Source: a virus
Length of the DNA: 64,000 bases
Reading direction: 5' to 3' (one strand)
Virus record (IMG/VR): IMGVR_UViG_3300035703_000034
Location: 42,381-106,380 of that record
This document shows, one piece after another, positions 29,690 through 37,972 of the stretch. The translations under genes were made by a program, and so were the position numbers. Numbering within the stretch: position 1 is the stretch's first letter; each line of letters starts with the position of its first letter. The notes under the pieces are model-generated. The model worked only from the letters and a program-made list of their open reading frames with translations, had not been told where the DNA came from and searched no databases.

Positions 29690-30055
29690 TTAGATGACCG
29701 GCGGCGTGGTGGGGGAGCCCCAGTTGCCGTTCAAGTGGGTGTGGGCGGTGAACAAGGTGTCGAGCTGCGTCAGCGGCAGCGTGAGCACCGCCGACACGTA
29801 GCCCTCGATGATCATCGCGAGGTCGTTGGCGAGCTCCACGGGGGAGCCGTCCGGCCGGGTCGCCACGGCCTGGGCCAAAAGCTCGCGCAGCGCCACCCCC
29901 GGTGTGGCCGTCGCGGCCGCGAAGGCGGCCGTGATGGCCGCTTGCTTGACTGGATAGGCCGCAATCGCAGTCGGGGAGGCACGCCCCGGAACCATCAGGG
30001 GCGAGACGGGCGTGAGGGTCACACCCTTCATCGTCGCCAACGTGGTCATCGGCAT
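29690..30055 (-). CDS. Spike-associated protein (HTH...TTPP C-terminus)
   Basis: C-terminal HTHLNGNWGSPTTPP. Confidence 0.5.
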   Translation of the reverse strand: MPMTTLATMKGVTLTPVSPLMVPGRASPTAIAAYPVKQAAITAAFAAATATPGVALRELLAQAVATRPDGSPVELANDLAMIIEGYVSAVLTLPLTQLDTLFTAHTHLNGNWGSPTTPPVI

Positions 30056-30068
30056 CGCAACAACCTCC

Positions 30069-31277
30069 TCAAGCCGTCGGGTTGTAGTGCTCGGACACCG
30101 TCACGTTGTCCGACAGGAAGTCCGGCACGTCCTCGAGCTTCAACAGCCCGCCGGGCATCCCCGTCAGGCCGAGCGACGCGGCGCCCGGCAGCGTGGGCAT
30201 GCCGCCCATCGGCGTCGCCAGCATCAGCTCGTAGTTGATGTACTGGACGATGCGCTCGATGTACTTCGTGAGCTTGTGGCCCAGCACGGCGGGCTCGTTG
30301 GTGGTGTTGTCGGCGCCCAGGTTCAGGCTCGGGCTCTTGATGGTCTTCTCGATCTTCACGTGCTCCAGCGCCGTGCCGTCCACCTCGATGTCCTGGTCGC
30401 CGCCCACCACGAGCTTCTGGTTGCGGGCCACGCTGAGGCCCTGGTGGCCGTCAATCTGCACGACCTCGTCGTTTGCCAGGCTCGCGAAGCGGTTGCCCTT
30501 GCGGTCGATGCGCACGCTCATGGCTGGCGTCAGGCCGTCCGTCGTGCGCAGCTCGGCGCGCAAGAAGTCCGGCCCGTCGGCGTCCCCGATCGTCAGCTCG
30601 TACGCGAAGCGATCCTTGTAGGTGTCCGCCGCGCGGTCGTTCGCCCGCAGCGTGAGCTTCGTTTTGCCCGCGTCGTTGATGATCTGAATATGACCCCAGT
30701 CGGTGAAGAGATCCACGTTGCGCGACACCAGCCGCGCGAGGTCGTCGACCTGGTTGAGCACCAGCTGGCAGAGATCGCCGGCCTTGAGCCCGGCCACGCC
30801 GCCCCGCAGCGCGTAGACGCTCGCGCCCTCCGAGGTGCGCACGCCCCAGTCGCCCGCCAGCAGGTCGTGCGGCCGGTGCGAGCGGCGATCCTCCCCCTGC
30901 GCGTGCTCGACCTTGCGGTAGGGCGTGTAGGCGCCCGTGAGCGACAGCCAGGTGTTGACGGTCTGCACGTAGTCGTCGGTCTCGGGCGCGCGCCCCTCGC
31001 TGAAGTAGCGCGGCGACGGGAAGCAGTGGTGCAGCGCGTCGAACCCCAGCTCGTTGGTCAAGATGCCGCGCCAGCCCGGCATCGGCGTGCTGAAGTCACC
31101 CTCGCCGTCCGGGCCGCTGTCGCGGAGGATCGGGACGGTCTGCACCCGGTGGTGGGTGTCGAGCACCGTGGCGGTGTGCCGGACGGGGTCGACGGTCAGG
31201 ATGGTCACGTAGTGACGGGCGTTCGCATCGCGCTGGTGTAGCGCGTACGGGTTTTTTATCGGCTTCGGTTTGTCCAT
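30069..31277 (-). CDS. Baseplate central spike, gp5/VgrG-like
   Basis: N-terminal OB-like strand pattern; 8-residue beta-helix repeats (IDGHQGLSVARNQKLVVGGDQDIEVDG); EPAVLG. Confidence 0.65.
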   Translation of the reverse strand: MDKPKPIKNPYALHQRDANARHYVTILTVDPVRHTATVLDTHHRVQTVPILRDSGPDGEGDFSTPMPGWRGILTNELGFDALHHCFPSPRYFSEGRAPETDDYVQTVNTWLSLTGAYTPYRKVEHAQGEDRRSHRPHDLLAGDWGVRTSEGASVYALRGGVAGLKAGDLCQLVLNQVDDLARLVSRNVDLFTDWGHIQIINDAGKTKLTLRANDRAADTYKDRFAYELTIGDADGPDFLRAELRTTDGLTPAMSVRIDRKGNRFASLANDEVVQIDGHQGLSVARNQKLVVGGDQDIEVDGTALEHVKIEKTIKSPSLNLGADNTTNEPAVLGHKLTKYIERIVQYINYELMLATPMGGMPTLPGAASLGLTGMPGGLLKLEDVPDFLSDNVTVSEHYNPTA

Positions 31278-31294
31278 CAGGAGGTCAGATCCCC

Positions 31295-31636
31295 ATGGCC
31301 AACAAAGACACGCGAGACACGGTCAGACAATTCCTCGCGGCCCGCAAGCTCTACCGGAAGCAGCTGGAGCAGAAGCTGTTCCCGGCATACACCAGTGTGG
31401 TAACACCCGCGCTCCATAATACTACCAAACTGGTAAGCGCGGCAAAGAAAACCAGCGACCCGATGCTTCAGGCCATCGAGCAGCAGGCCATGGACCTGAT
31501 GCTGGCCTCCCAGCGGGCCGTCGACCTGCGCAAGAAGACCTTCAGGAACTACGTGAACGAGTCACGCGCCGGCAGGATCCACTATGATTTCTACGAGGAC
31601 GCGCGGCAGCAGCGCTACGAGAGGGGGGTGCTCTGA
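31295..31636 (+). CDS. Hypothetical protein
   Basis: GGAGG SD; coupled to gp25-like gene. Confidence 0.55.
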   Translation: MANKDTRDTVRQFLAARKLYRKQLEQKLFPAYTSVVTPALHNTTKLVSAAKKTSDPMLQAIEQQAMDLMLASQRAVDLRKKTFRNYVNESRAGRIHYDFYEDARQQRYERGVL

Positions 31637-32088
31637 TGGCGACCTTCGGGTTCTCCGCGGGGGCGTTCAAGACCCTGGAGCCCGGCACGTACCAGATCGA
31701 CCTGGCGCGCGGCTTTGCCGAGGCGCGCTTCGCGTCGGACATGGAGAAGCTGGCCTTCGAGGTGTGCTACGGCCTGATGACGACGCGGGGCAGCATCCCG
31801 TTCGACCCCACGTTCGGGAGCCTGCTGCCGGTCGCCATCGGGCAGTACGCGAGCAACGAGGTCGCGGAGCTGCAGGCGTTCGTCGCCGGTGAGATTGCCC
31901 ACGTCGAGGCGATGATTAAGGAGAGGCAGGCGTCTGCCGTGCTGCCGGCCGCCCAGCGGCTGGAGGCGCTGGACGCGGTCGAGGTGCGGGTCCGGCCGGC
32001 GGAGCAGCAAGTCGACGTCCTGCTCACCATCACCAACGGGCTGGGCGAGTCGGTGGGGTTCTCGGTGTCTCAAGCGGTGGACAGCTAG
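31636..32088 (+). CDS. Baseplate wedge subunit, gp25/gpW-like
   Basis: LMTTRGSIPFDPTFGSLL motif. Confidence 0.8.
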   Translation: MATFGFSAGAFKTLEPGTYQIDLARGFAEARFASDMEKLAFEVCYGLMTTRGSIPFDPTFGSLLPVAIGQYASNEVAELQAFVAGEIAHVEAMIKERQASAVLPAAQRLEALDAVEVRVRPAEQQVDVLLTITNGLGESVGFSVSQAVDS

Positions 32089-32091
32089 GTC

Positions 32092-33564
32092 ATGGCGGTC
32101 ACGGAAACGATTCTTCAGCAGGCGGAGACCTTCATCGTCACCGCCATCACCGAGGCCTTCGCGGCCGAGGGCGACAGCATTGACCTGCGGCCGGGCACGC
32201 CGCAGTACGACCTGTTTGTGCGCGGCTTCCTCGCCGTGGTCGCGCAGATCGTCGACCAGCTGCAGCAGGCCCAGCGCAAGGTGACGGCGCTGTCGGCCAC
32301 GGAGCTGACGGACGCGGAGCTCGCGGCGCTCGGGGCGCGCTTCGGCGTGAGCCGGCGCGTGGGCGCGACCGCCCAGGGCACGGTGCGCGTGAAGTTCCGC
32401 GAGCGGGTGGCCGTCACGCTGACGACGAGCGACGCCTTTCTGGCCGGGGACCAGACCTACTACCCGACCGAGGACGTCGCGCTGCTGGCCGACGAGCTGA
32501 CGCAAGAACCTGTCTTGAACTACTGGTACGTCAACGTGCCGCTGATGGCGGCCACCAACGGGACGGCCAGCAACACGGGGGCCGGCACGGCCTTCACGTG
32601 CGCCAAGCTCGCGGGCGACCCCGCGCTCATCGAGGCGGTGGCGATCACGCCGCTGTCGGGCGGCCTGGACCAGGAGGACGCGACGGCCTACTTCGACCGG
32701 TTGCAGGCCGCCCCCTTGATCCGAAACCTGGTGAGCCGCAAGTCGATCGACGCGGTGCTGATGGGCGAGTTCGCGGGCGTCATCGAGCGGCTGCTGGTGG
32801 TGGGCTACCAGGAGCCCGAGATGCAGCGCGATCGCCTCGAGGTCGTCGACCCCGTGCTCGGCCCGATGACCATGCACGTGGGCGGGCACACGGACATCTA
32901 CGTCAAGACGCCCATCCGGCGCGAGACGGTGGAGTTCACGGTCTCGCCCGGCAACTACGTGATCGACCTCACGGACTACCGCGCGGTGCTGAAGGTCCAC
33001 AACGTGACCCTCAAGGGGAACGGCGACGTCAGCCCGTACTTCGAGCTGCGCGTGGCCGACCCGGCGCTGCGCTACTCGGCACTCGACACCGTGCAGCTGT
33101 TCGTCGACCCCGGCCTCTCCGAGGAGACCATCCAGGTCGACCTCTCGTACGCGCCGGACGTCGTGAGCATCCATGCGTACGTCAACGGCGACGAGCAGCG
33201 CATCACGAACGCCAACACGCTCGTGCGCCACTTCGTGCCCGTCTGGCTCGGGGCCGTCATCTACGTGGCGGGCGACGACGCCGCGATCGCGCAGGCGAAC
33301 GGCAACATCGCGGCCTACCTGGACGGCCTCGCCAACGGCGCGCCCGTCGTCGTCAGCAAGCTGACGGAGGCCATCTACCAGGGCGGGGCGCTGAACGTGC
33401 TGCAGGACTACGACCTCATCGCCCAGATCATCTACAACGACGGCACGTTGCTCGAGCGCACGGCGGACGAGGTGCTGACGATTGCGGACGACCTGCCCAA
33501 GGGCTTCTCGCAGCGGGTGGCGACCTACCTGAACGAGGGCGTGACCCTCGTGCAGCTGGGGTAG
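32092..33564 (+). CDS. Baseplate J/gp6-like protein
   Basis: DLRPGT..YDL; R..GATAQGTV; GGLDQEDATAYFDRL; GGHTDIYV. Confidence 0.8.
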   Translation: MAVTETILQQAETFIVTAITEAFAAEGDSIDLRPGTPQYDLFVRGFLAVVAQIVDQLQQAQRKVTALSATELTDAELAALGARFGVSRRVGATAQGTVRVKFRERVAVTLTTSDAFLAGDQTYYPTEDVALLADELTQEPVLNYWYVNVPLMAATNGTASNTGAGTAFTCAKLAGDPALIEAVAITPLSGGLDQEDATAYFDRLQAAPLIRNLVSRKSIDAVLMGEFAGVIERLLVVGYQEPEMQRDRLEVVDPVLGPMTMHVGGHTDIYVKTPIRRETVEFTVSPGNYVIDLTDYRAVLKVHNVTLKGNGDVSPYFELRVADPALRYSALDTVQLFVDPGLSEETIQVDLSYAPDVVSIHAYVNGDEQRITNANTLVRHFVPVWLGAVIYVAGDDAAIAQANGNIAAYLDGLANGAPVVVSKLTEAIYQGGALNVLQDYDLIAQIIYNDGTLLERTADEVLTIADDLPKGFSQRVATYLNEGVTLVQLG

Positions 33565-33568
33565 GCCC

Positions 33569-33949
33569 ATGCGCGACTACCTGGCCGTCCAGCACGCGCG
33601 CGAGAAAGACGGCGCCCCGCCCGGCGAGTACCTCGCCACCTACGAGCGGATGGGGCGCGCCAAAGGCGATCGCCTGCAGCGGACCCTCGTGCTGACGGAC
33701 GTGACCACGCCCGCGGGCGACCCGGTGACGGACCACGTCTGGCTCATCCACACGAAGGAGTGGCAGGGTGTGGCGCCGGGGTCGCGGGTGCGCTTCACGG
33801 CCCCCGCCCATGCCTACTTCAAGGACCGTGGCCGGGGGCTGATGGGCCGGGTGCCCAACCGGGAGATGGACTACGGCTTCTCCCGGCCCCTGGAAGTCAA
33901 GGCTGCCAGCGCGTATCAGGCCTATCTGGCCTGGGTCGGAGGCTACTAA
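33569..33949 (+). CDS. Hypothetical OB-fold-like protein
   Basis: DHVW...GSRVRFTA pattern. Confidence 0.55.
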   Translation: MRDYLAVQHAREKDGAPPGEYLATYERMGRAKGDRLQRTLVLTDVTTPAGDPVTDHVWLIHTKEWQGVAPGSRVRFTAPAHAYFKDRGRGLMGRVPNREMDYGFSRPLEVKAASAYQAYLAWVGGY

Positions 33950-33950
33950 A

Positions 33951-34370
33951 ATGAACCCCTATTTCGCCTATATATCTATGAAGGCCGCTTCTGACTTTTC
34001 AGACGCGCTGGACCTTTACGTGGTGGCCCACGACGCCCCGCTGAGCGAGCACATGCGCGCCCAGAACCGGGGCTACATCCCGCTGCACATGCTGAAGGAC
34101 AAGGGGCGCGACAGTCACCTCGTCTACGTGCACCGGATGAGCTACAACCCGGCGATGCACCTGAAGTCGGCCGACCCAGCAAAGTTCCACGCCCTGGTGC
34201 GCACGCACCTGGGCGGCCCCCCGGTCGTCGTGCCCGCCGCCCCGGCGGCCCTCCCCCCACCCCCCGGGGTGGGGGTGGCCCCGGGTGGGCAGACCGCTGT
34301 GGCGGTCCCCCCGGTGCCCGTGAAGCCGGTGGTTCCGGTTGCACCCCCTCCCCCGGGGGTGGGGGGCTAA
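33951..34370 (+). CDS. Hypothetical protein with Pro-rich C-terminus
   Basis: ORF ends the structural block; KAAS motif. Confidence 0.5.
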   Translation: MNPYFAYISMKAASDFSDALDLYVVAHDAPLSEHMRAQNRGYIPLHMLKDKGRDSHLVYVHRMSYNPAMHLKSADPAKFHALVRTHLGGPPVVVPAAPAALPPPPGVGVAPGGQTAVAVPPVPVKPVVPVAPPPPGVGG

Positions 34371-34400
34371 AAAAGACCCCCGAAACCCCTATATATACTT

Positions 34401-34962
34401 GACCCCCACATTAGCCCTTGAACAAAGGCTGGTGTGGGGTTCTTGGTTTGAGTCGGGCCTGCAGCCCGGCGTCCGTGGAAACGGAAGGCTCGCTGTGCGA
34501 GGCCGGCGAGGGTGCCATACGGACGGCACCCGTTGACCCGGTCTTTCAGAGTTAAGGGGAACCTCGCCACTGTTTGGTCAGGCGAGGCTGCGAGAATGAC
34601 CACCCCACCGTCCCGGCTTTGGGACGTTAAGCGGATACGCGACCGCGAAGGCCTGTCCCCTCGGGGGCAGAAGACTGGCATTCCCGAACCGGCCCCACGG
34701 ATGGGTGGGCCGGCTGCCAGACACATCTAGGGAGCTGCCGGGGTTTCCCGGCCCATGTCCCGCAAGCGACCACCTCTCCGTGGTGCGGGATAGTAACGTG
34801 CGGAGCGCTCCGCACGGCTGACGGTCGCAAGCCCCTATCGCGTGGGCAGTACGCGAGAGGTCTGGTCACGTGGACAGGCATCACGTGACGAACCCGACGC
34901 AGGGGTTGCCTGCGCACGTTCCCCACCCGCCCCCGGTCCGCTCTTGCGGCCGGGGGCTTTTT
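34401..34962 (+). ncRNA. Candidate large structured non-coding RNA (~560 nt)
   Basis: No credible ORF; about 15 back-to-back hairpins with G-U pairs on the + strand; upstream TATATA/TATACT; ends in an intrinsic terminator. Confidence 0.6.
34929..34962 (+). terminator. Intrinsic terminator
   Basis: GCCCCCGGtCCGC-TCTT-GCGGCCGGGGGC followed by T5. Confidence 0.8.
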
Positions 34963-34987
34963 GCGGTTCCGACCGCAGGAGGTTCAA

Positions 34988-35206
34988 ATGGACGGGCTTC
35001 AACTGCAAAAGGAACTGGAAGAGTTCGCCGAAGGACACGCCCAGCTCGAATTTGCAATTAACAAGATCAAGATCGGTTACAACGAGCAGCGCCTTCTGGC
35101 GCGACTCGACGCCGAGCAGGCGGCGACCGAGGCCGCCGGCGAGGCCGGGCGGCTGGAGTGCCGCTTGGCCGGCGGCCGCGTGGCCCCGGCCCCTCTGGCG
35201 GACTGA
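34988..35206 (+). CDS. Small hypothetical protein
   Basis: AGGAGG SD preceded by UNCG hairpin. Confidence 0.6.
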   Translation: MDGLQLQKELEEFAEGHAQLEFAINKIKIGYNEQRLLARLDAEQAATEAAGEAGRLECRLAGGRVAPAPLAD

Positions 35207-35317
35207 AGTCCGCCAGAGGCCCGCTCCGCAGAAGGAAAACTGCGTAACAAACCCGCCCCAGCCGGGCGTGACCGGGGACCCGCAAGGGCGAGACCGGAGG
35301 CGCGTTGGTATCAAAAA

Positions 35318-35378
35318 CTGACATCCAGGCTGCGTTAGCCTGCTGATGATGGCCCCGTCGCGGGGGCCGAAATGTCAG
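35318..35378 (+). ncRNA. Type III hammerhead ribozyme
   Basis: Stem III CUGACAU/AUGUCAG; cleavage triplet AUC; stem I CAGGCU/AGCCUG; CUGAUGA core plus extra U; stem II GGCCCC/GGGGCC; GAAA. Confidence 0.9.
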
Positions 35379-35435
35379 AAGTCTCGTGCTGTTTCGACGG
35401 CACGCAGAGGGCTGAAGGCCCGGGGAGAAAAGACC

Positions 35436-35795
35436 GTGAAGACCACGAATCGAGCGGAAGACCTGTACCAGGCGGGACAGTATCTGGGAACGATCACTGT
35501 CGTCGAGGGCAAGGAGGTAATCCTCCAGCCCTGGACCTACCGCCTCCGCTACGGCGGGGGCAAGCACGAGATCTCGTACGCCGTGAAGCGGGAGACAATT
35601 CCCGTCCTCCGGTGGGACGGCGACGTCATCGGGCGCAAGCCCACGGGCGTCGTGCAGGGGGTCTACCCCTTCGGGCCAGACTACGTCTCGGGCGGCCGGG
35701 CCCGTCTAGAGGAGCTCCTGGCGGCCCCCGAGACCCACGACCAGGAGTGCTACTGCCACTTGCACAAGGGCGCGGAGCGCTTGCTGAGGGTCTAG
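35436..35795 (+). CDS. Hypothetical protein downstream of hammerhead
   Basis: GGAG SD then GTG (MKTTNRAEDL); normal codon usage. Confidence 0.6.
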   Translation: MKTTNRAEDLYQAGQYLGTITVVEGKEVILQPWTYRLRYGGGKHEISYAVKRETIPVLRWDGDVIGRKPTGVVQGVYPFGPDYVSGGRARLEELLAAPETHDQECYCHLHKGAERLLRV

Positions 35796-35987
35796 CCAAC
35801 CGCCCGGCGACACGCACAGGTCCAGCCGTCTACCCGAGAAGGGCACAGACAGACGGCCCTCGTGCGTGTCGCCACCTCAACCCAGCCGGGGGTCAAGCCG
35901 GCGCGTCGGAAGTGGTCATGTCCGACGTCCCCAGTGTCAGGGGTTTGATGACACTATCACCTGCCGCTACGGCGGCAAGGAGGTCTG

Positions 35988-36473
35988 ATGAAGACCGAAT
36001 CCATGGGCGCCCCCCTGCACGGCGTGTGCCCGTCGGACCCCGAAGGGGTCTACCTCGGCCGCGCCACCTGGTGCGGGGTCGAGGTGGACCTCTGGTTCTG
36101 GGCCACGGCCTGGGACCGGGGGTCCATCGGGTACCGCCACGGCACCCGGGGGGACGAGTACGGGTCGATGCCCGTGCGCGGCCTCCAGGAGGCCGAGATG
36201 AGCCAGGCGCTGAAGGCCACCCCGGCCTTCGAGGCCTTCTGCCTGAAGATCAACAGGCAGAAGTCGGTCCTTGGCGAGGGCTACGTCCTCGCCGAGGGCA
36301 CCGTCTGGCGGAAGGCTCTCACGGCCGCCCGCCAGACGGGCCTGATCACGGAGCTGTCGCTCCAGGAGTCGGCGGACTTCTGGGCGGCCGGCGTGCTCCA
36401 GTGGGATGACCCCACCGGAGCGTCGCTGCGCTCGGCTTACGCCGAGGCGCGTTCCGCGATCGCAAGCCTGTAG
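35988..36473 (+). CDS. Hypothetical protein
   Basis: AAGGAGG SD preceded by C(UACG)G hairpin. Confidence 0.7.
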   Translation: MKTESMGAPLHGVCPSDPEGVYLGRATWCGVEVDLWFWATAWDRGSIGYRHGTRGDEYGSMPVRGLQEAEMSQALKATPAFEAFCLKINRQKSVLGEGYVLAEGTVWRKALTAARQTGLITELSLQESADFWAAGVLQWDDPTGASLRSAYAEARSAIASL

Positions 36474-36646
36474 GAACCCCCGCGCCGTGACGGCGCGTGA
36501 GTGGGGAGCTGTGCCGAACCCATAAGGCACGGTGAGCCCACACGTCGCAAACAGGCCGTAGGGGCGCCTGGTCAAGTCCGACGAAGCCCCAACGGACCCT
36601 CACCCGCGCGTGAGGGGGACTGGCCCCCCAATGGGCCGAGGTCAAC

Positions 36647-36823
36647 GTGGCGAGCACGCGCCTCGTCCTCCGTGACGGAGCCATCAAGCTCCTCACGGAG
36701 GACGGCGTGCTGTTCGACCTTCCGGTCAACCGGAAGGGCGAGTTGCCGCTCGGCGGCAACACGGACGCGCAGCTGCGCGTCCTCCGCCCGCTCCGGGACA
36801 CCGGGCGGGTCGAACAGCAATAG
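36647..36823 (+). CDS. 58-aa ORF embedded in a multibranch RNA structure (MASTRLVLRDGAIKLL...)
   Basis: GAGG SD then GTG; protein-like codon use; below ORF-track length cutoff. Confidence 0.45.
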   Translation: MASTRLVLRDGAIKLLTEDGVLFDLPVNRKGELPLGGNTDAQLRVLRPLRDTGRVEQQ

Positions 36824-36923
36824 GTTCATCCCTCTCCCTGGGGGCAAGCAGGGCGTCAGCGCGGGAAGCATACGACAACGCGCCAACCCGTACGGCCACG
36901 CCGTACAAACCAAACACAACGCT

Positions 36924-37015
36924 CACCCTCCAAGGTGGGACGTGTTTGTTTCACATCTCTTCACTCCATTGCGAGTGATCAGATGTGAAGCAGACGCGTC
37001 CCACCTTGGAGGGTG
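36924..37015 (+). repeat. 35-bp inverted repeat (long RNA hairpin)
   Basis: Arms 36924-36958 and 36981-37015; the three mismatches are all G-U on the + strand. Confidence 0.9.
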
Positions 37016-37099
37016 TGGATTACCGTTGCTTTTCCTTTAGCCCCGCTGAGCGTTCAGCCGGGGCGCAGTTGCCGTTCCGACGGCAGAAAGGAGTCCGAC

Positions 37100-37606
37100 G
37101 TGGACATCCTCCAGAACAACCCCACCACCTGGTCCAAGTGGACCTCGGTCGTCCTGACCACCGGCGTGCCGGGCGCCGGCAAAAGCACCCTCGCCGCCCG
37201 GCTCGTGGCCGAGTTCGGCTACGAGCAGCTGGAGCTCGACGAGCTCCGGGCCGAGCTCGGCGACCGGGCCGACCAGTCCCTCACCCCGGCCGCCGTCGCG
37301 CTGCGCGACGAGCGGCTCGCGGCGGCCATCGCGGCGGGTCGCAAGGTCGTCGTGAGCGACACCAACGCCCACTTCCCGTTCCGGGTGGCGCTCATCCGGG
37401 ACATCCTCAGTCTCGGCGTCCCGGCGGACGAGATCGCCATCGTCCACTTCAACGCGGACGTGGACGAGGCCAAGCGCCGCAACCGGGGGCGCGCCAGCGA
37501 GGTGCCCGAGGCGGTCATCGACCGGATGGCCGCGGCGCTCGAGGCCGCGCAGCCCTCGCTGGACGCGGAGCTCTACGGGCTCCAGTACCACGAGACGGAG
37601 CTCTAA
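37100..37606 (+). CDS. P-loop kinase (AAA_33/polynucleotide kinase-like)
   Basis: GVPGAGKST Walker A; VVVSDTN; RNRGR lid; AAAGGAG SD. Confidence 0.85.
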   Translation: MDILQNNPTTWSKWTSVVLTTGVPGAGKSTLAARLVAEFGYEQLELDELRAELGDRADQSLTPAAVALRDERLAAAIAAGRKVVVSDTNAHFPFRVALIRDILSLGVPADEIAIVHFNADVDEAKRRNRGRASEVPEAVIDRMAAALEAAQPSLDAELYGLQYHETEL

Positions 37607-37609
37607 GCC

Positions 37610-37918
37610 ATGAGCAACGTCGAGAAGGCTCGCCGCGAGCACCAGGGCGACAACCTCCTGGCCCTGCTGGCGGCGGGCCTGAAGCTCGGTCAGGTCGCGG
37701 CCGTGTCCGACGTCCCCGGCTGGGCGGCGATCCACGGCGCGATCACCGTGGTCGTCCCCAGGACGTTCGGCCCCCGCCTCGTCGTCCTCGCCGTGGACGA
37801 CTACGGCAGGGTCCGGGAGGTCGCCCGCCACGACCACCCGGAGACGGTCTCCCAGGAGGACCTCCGCGAGATGGCGGAGGACTTCCTCGCCGACCAGGTG
37901 GCCCACCACGCCTGGTAG
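37610..37918 (+). CDS. Hypothetical protein
   Basis: ORF in operon. Confidence 0.6.
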   Translation: MSNVEKARREHQGDNLLALLAAGLKLGQVAAVSDVPGWAAIHGAITVVVPRTFGPRLVVLAVDDYGRVREVARHDHPETVSQEDLREMAEDFLADQVAHHAW

Positions 37919-37972
37919 GTCGCCGGGTTTCACCCACCCCACACGCGCCGTTCCGACGGCAAAGGAGGAACG

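Noticed and set aside
10765-33564. Extracellular contractile injection system or T6SS
   Set aside because: Portal, capsid and prohead protease are present, so this is a phage
34401-34962. tmRNA, RNase P, group I/II intron or tRNA identity for the structured block
   Set aside because: I could not find their conserved signatures (tRNA-like ends, GAGGAAAGUCC, P7, domain V) by eye
35875-35910. Twister-like segment (GCCGG...AAGCCGGC)
   Set aside because: Lacks the UAA cleavage-site loop and the pseudoknot partners
35985-36000. Second hammerhead (CTGATGA...GAA)
   Set aside because: No stem II or flanking stems; it is the start of ORF 35988
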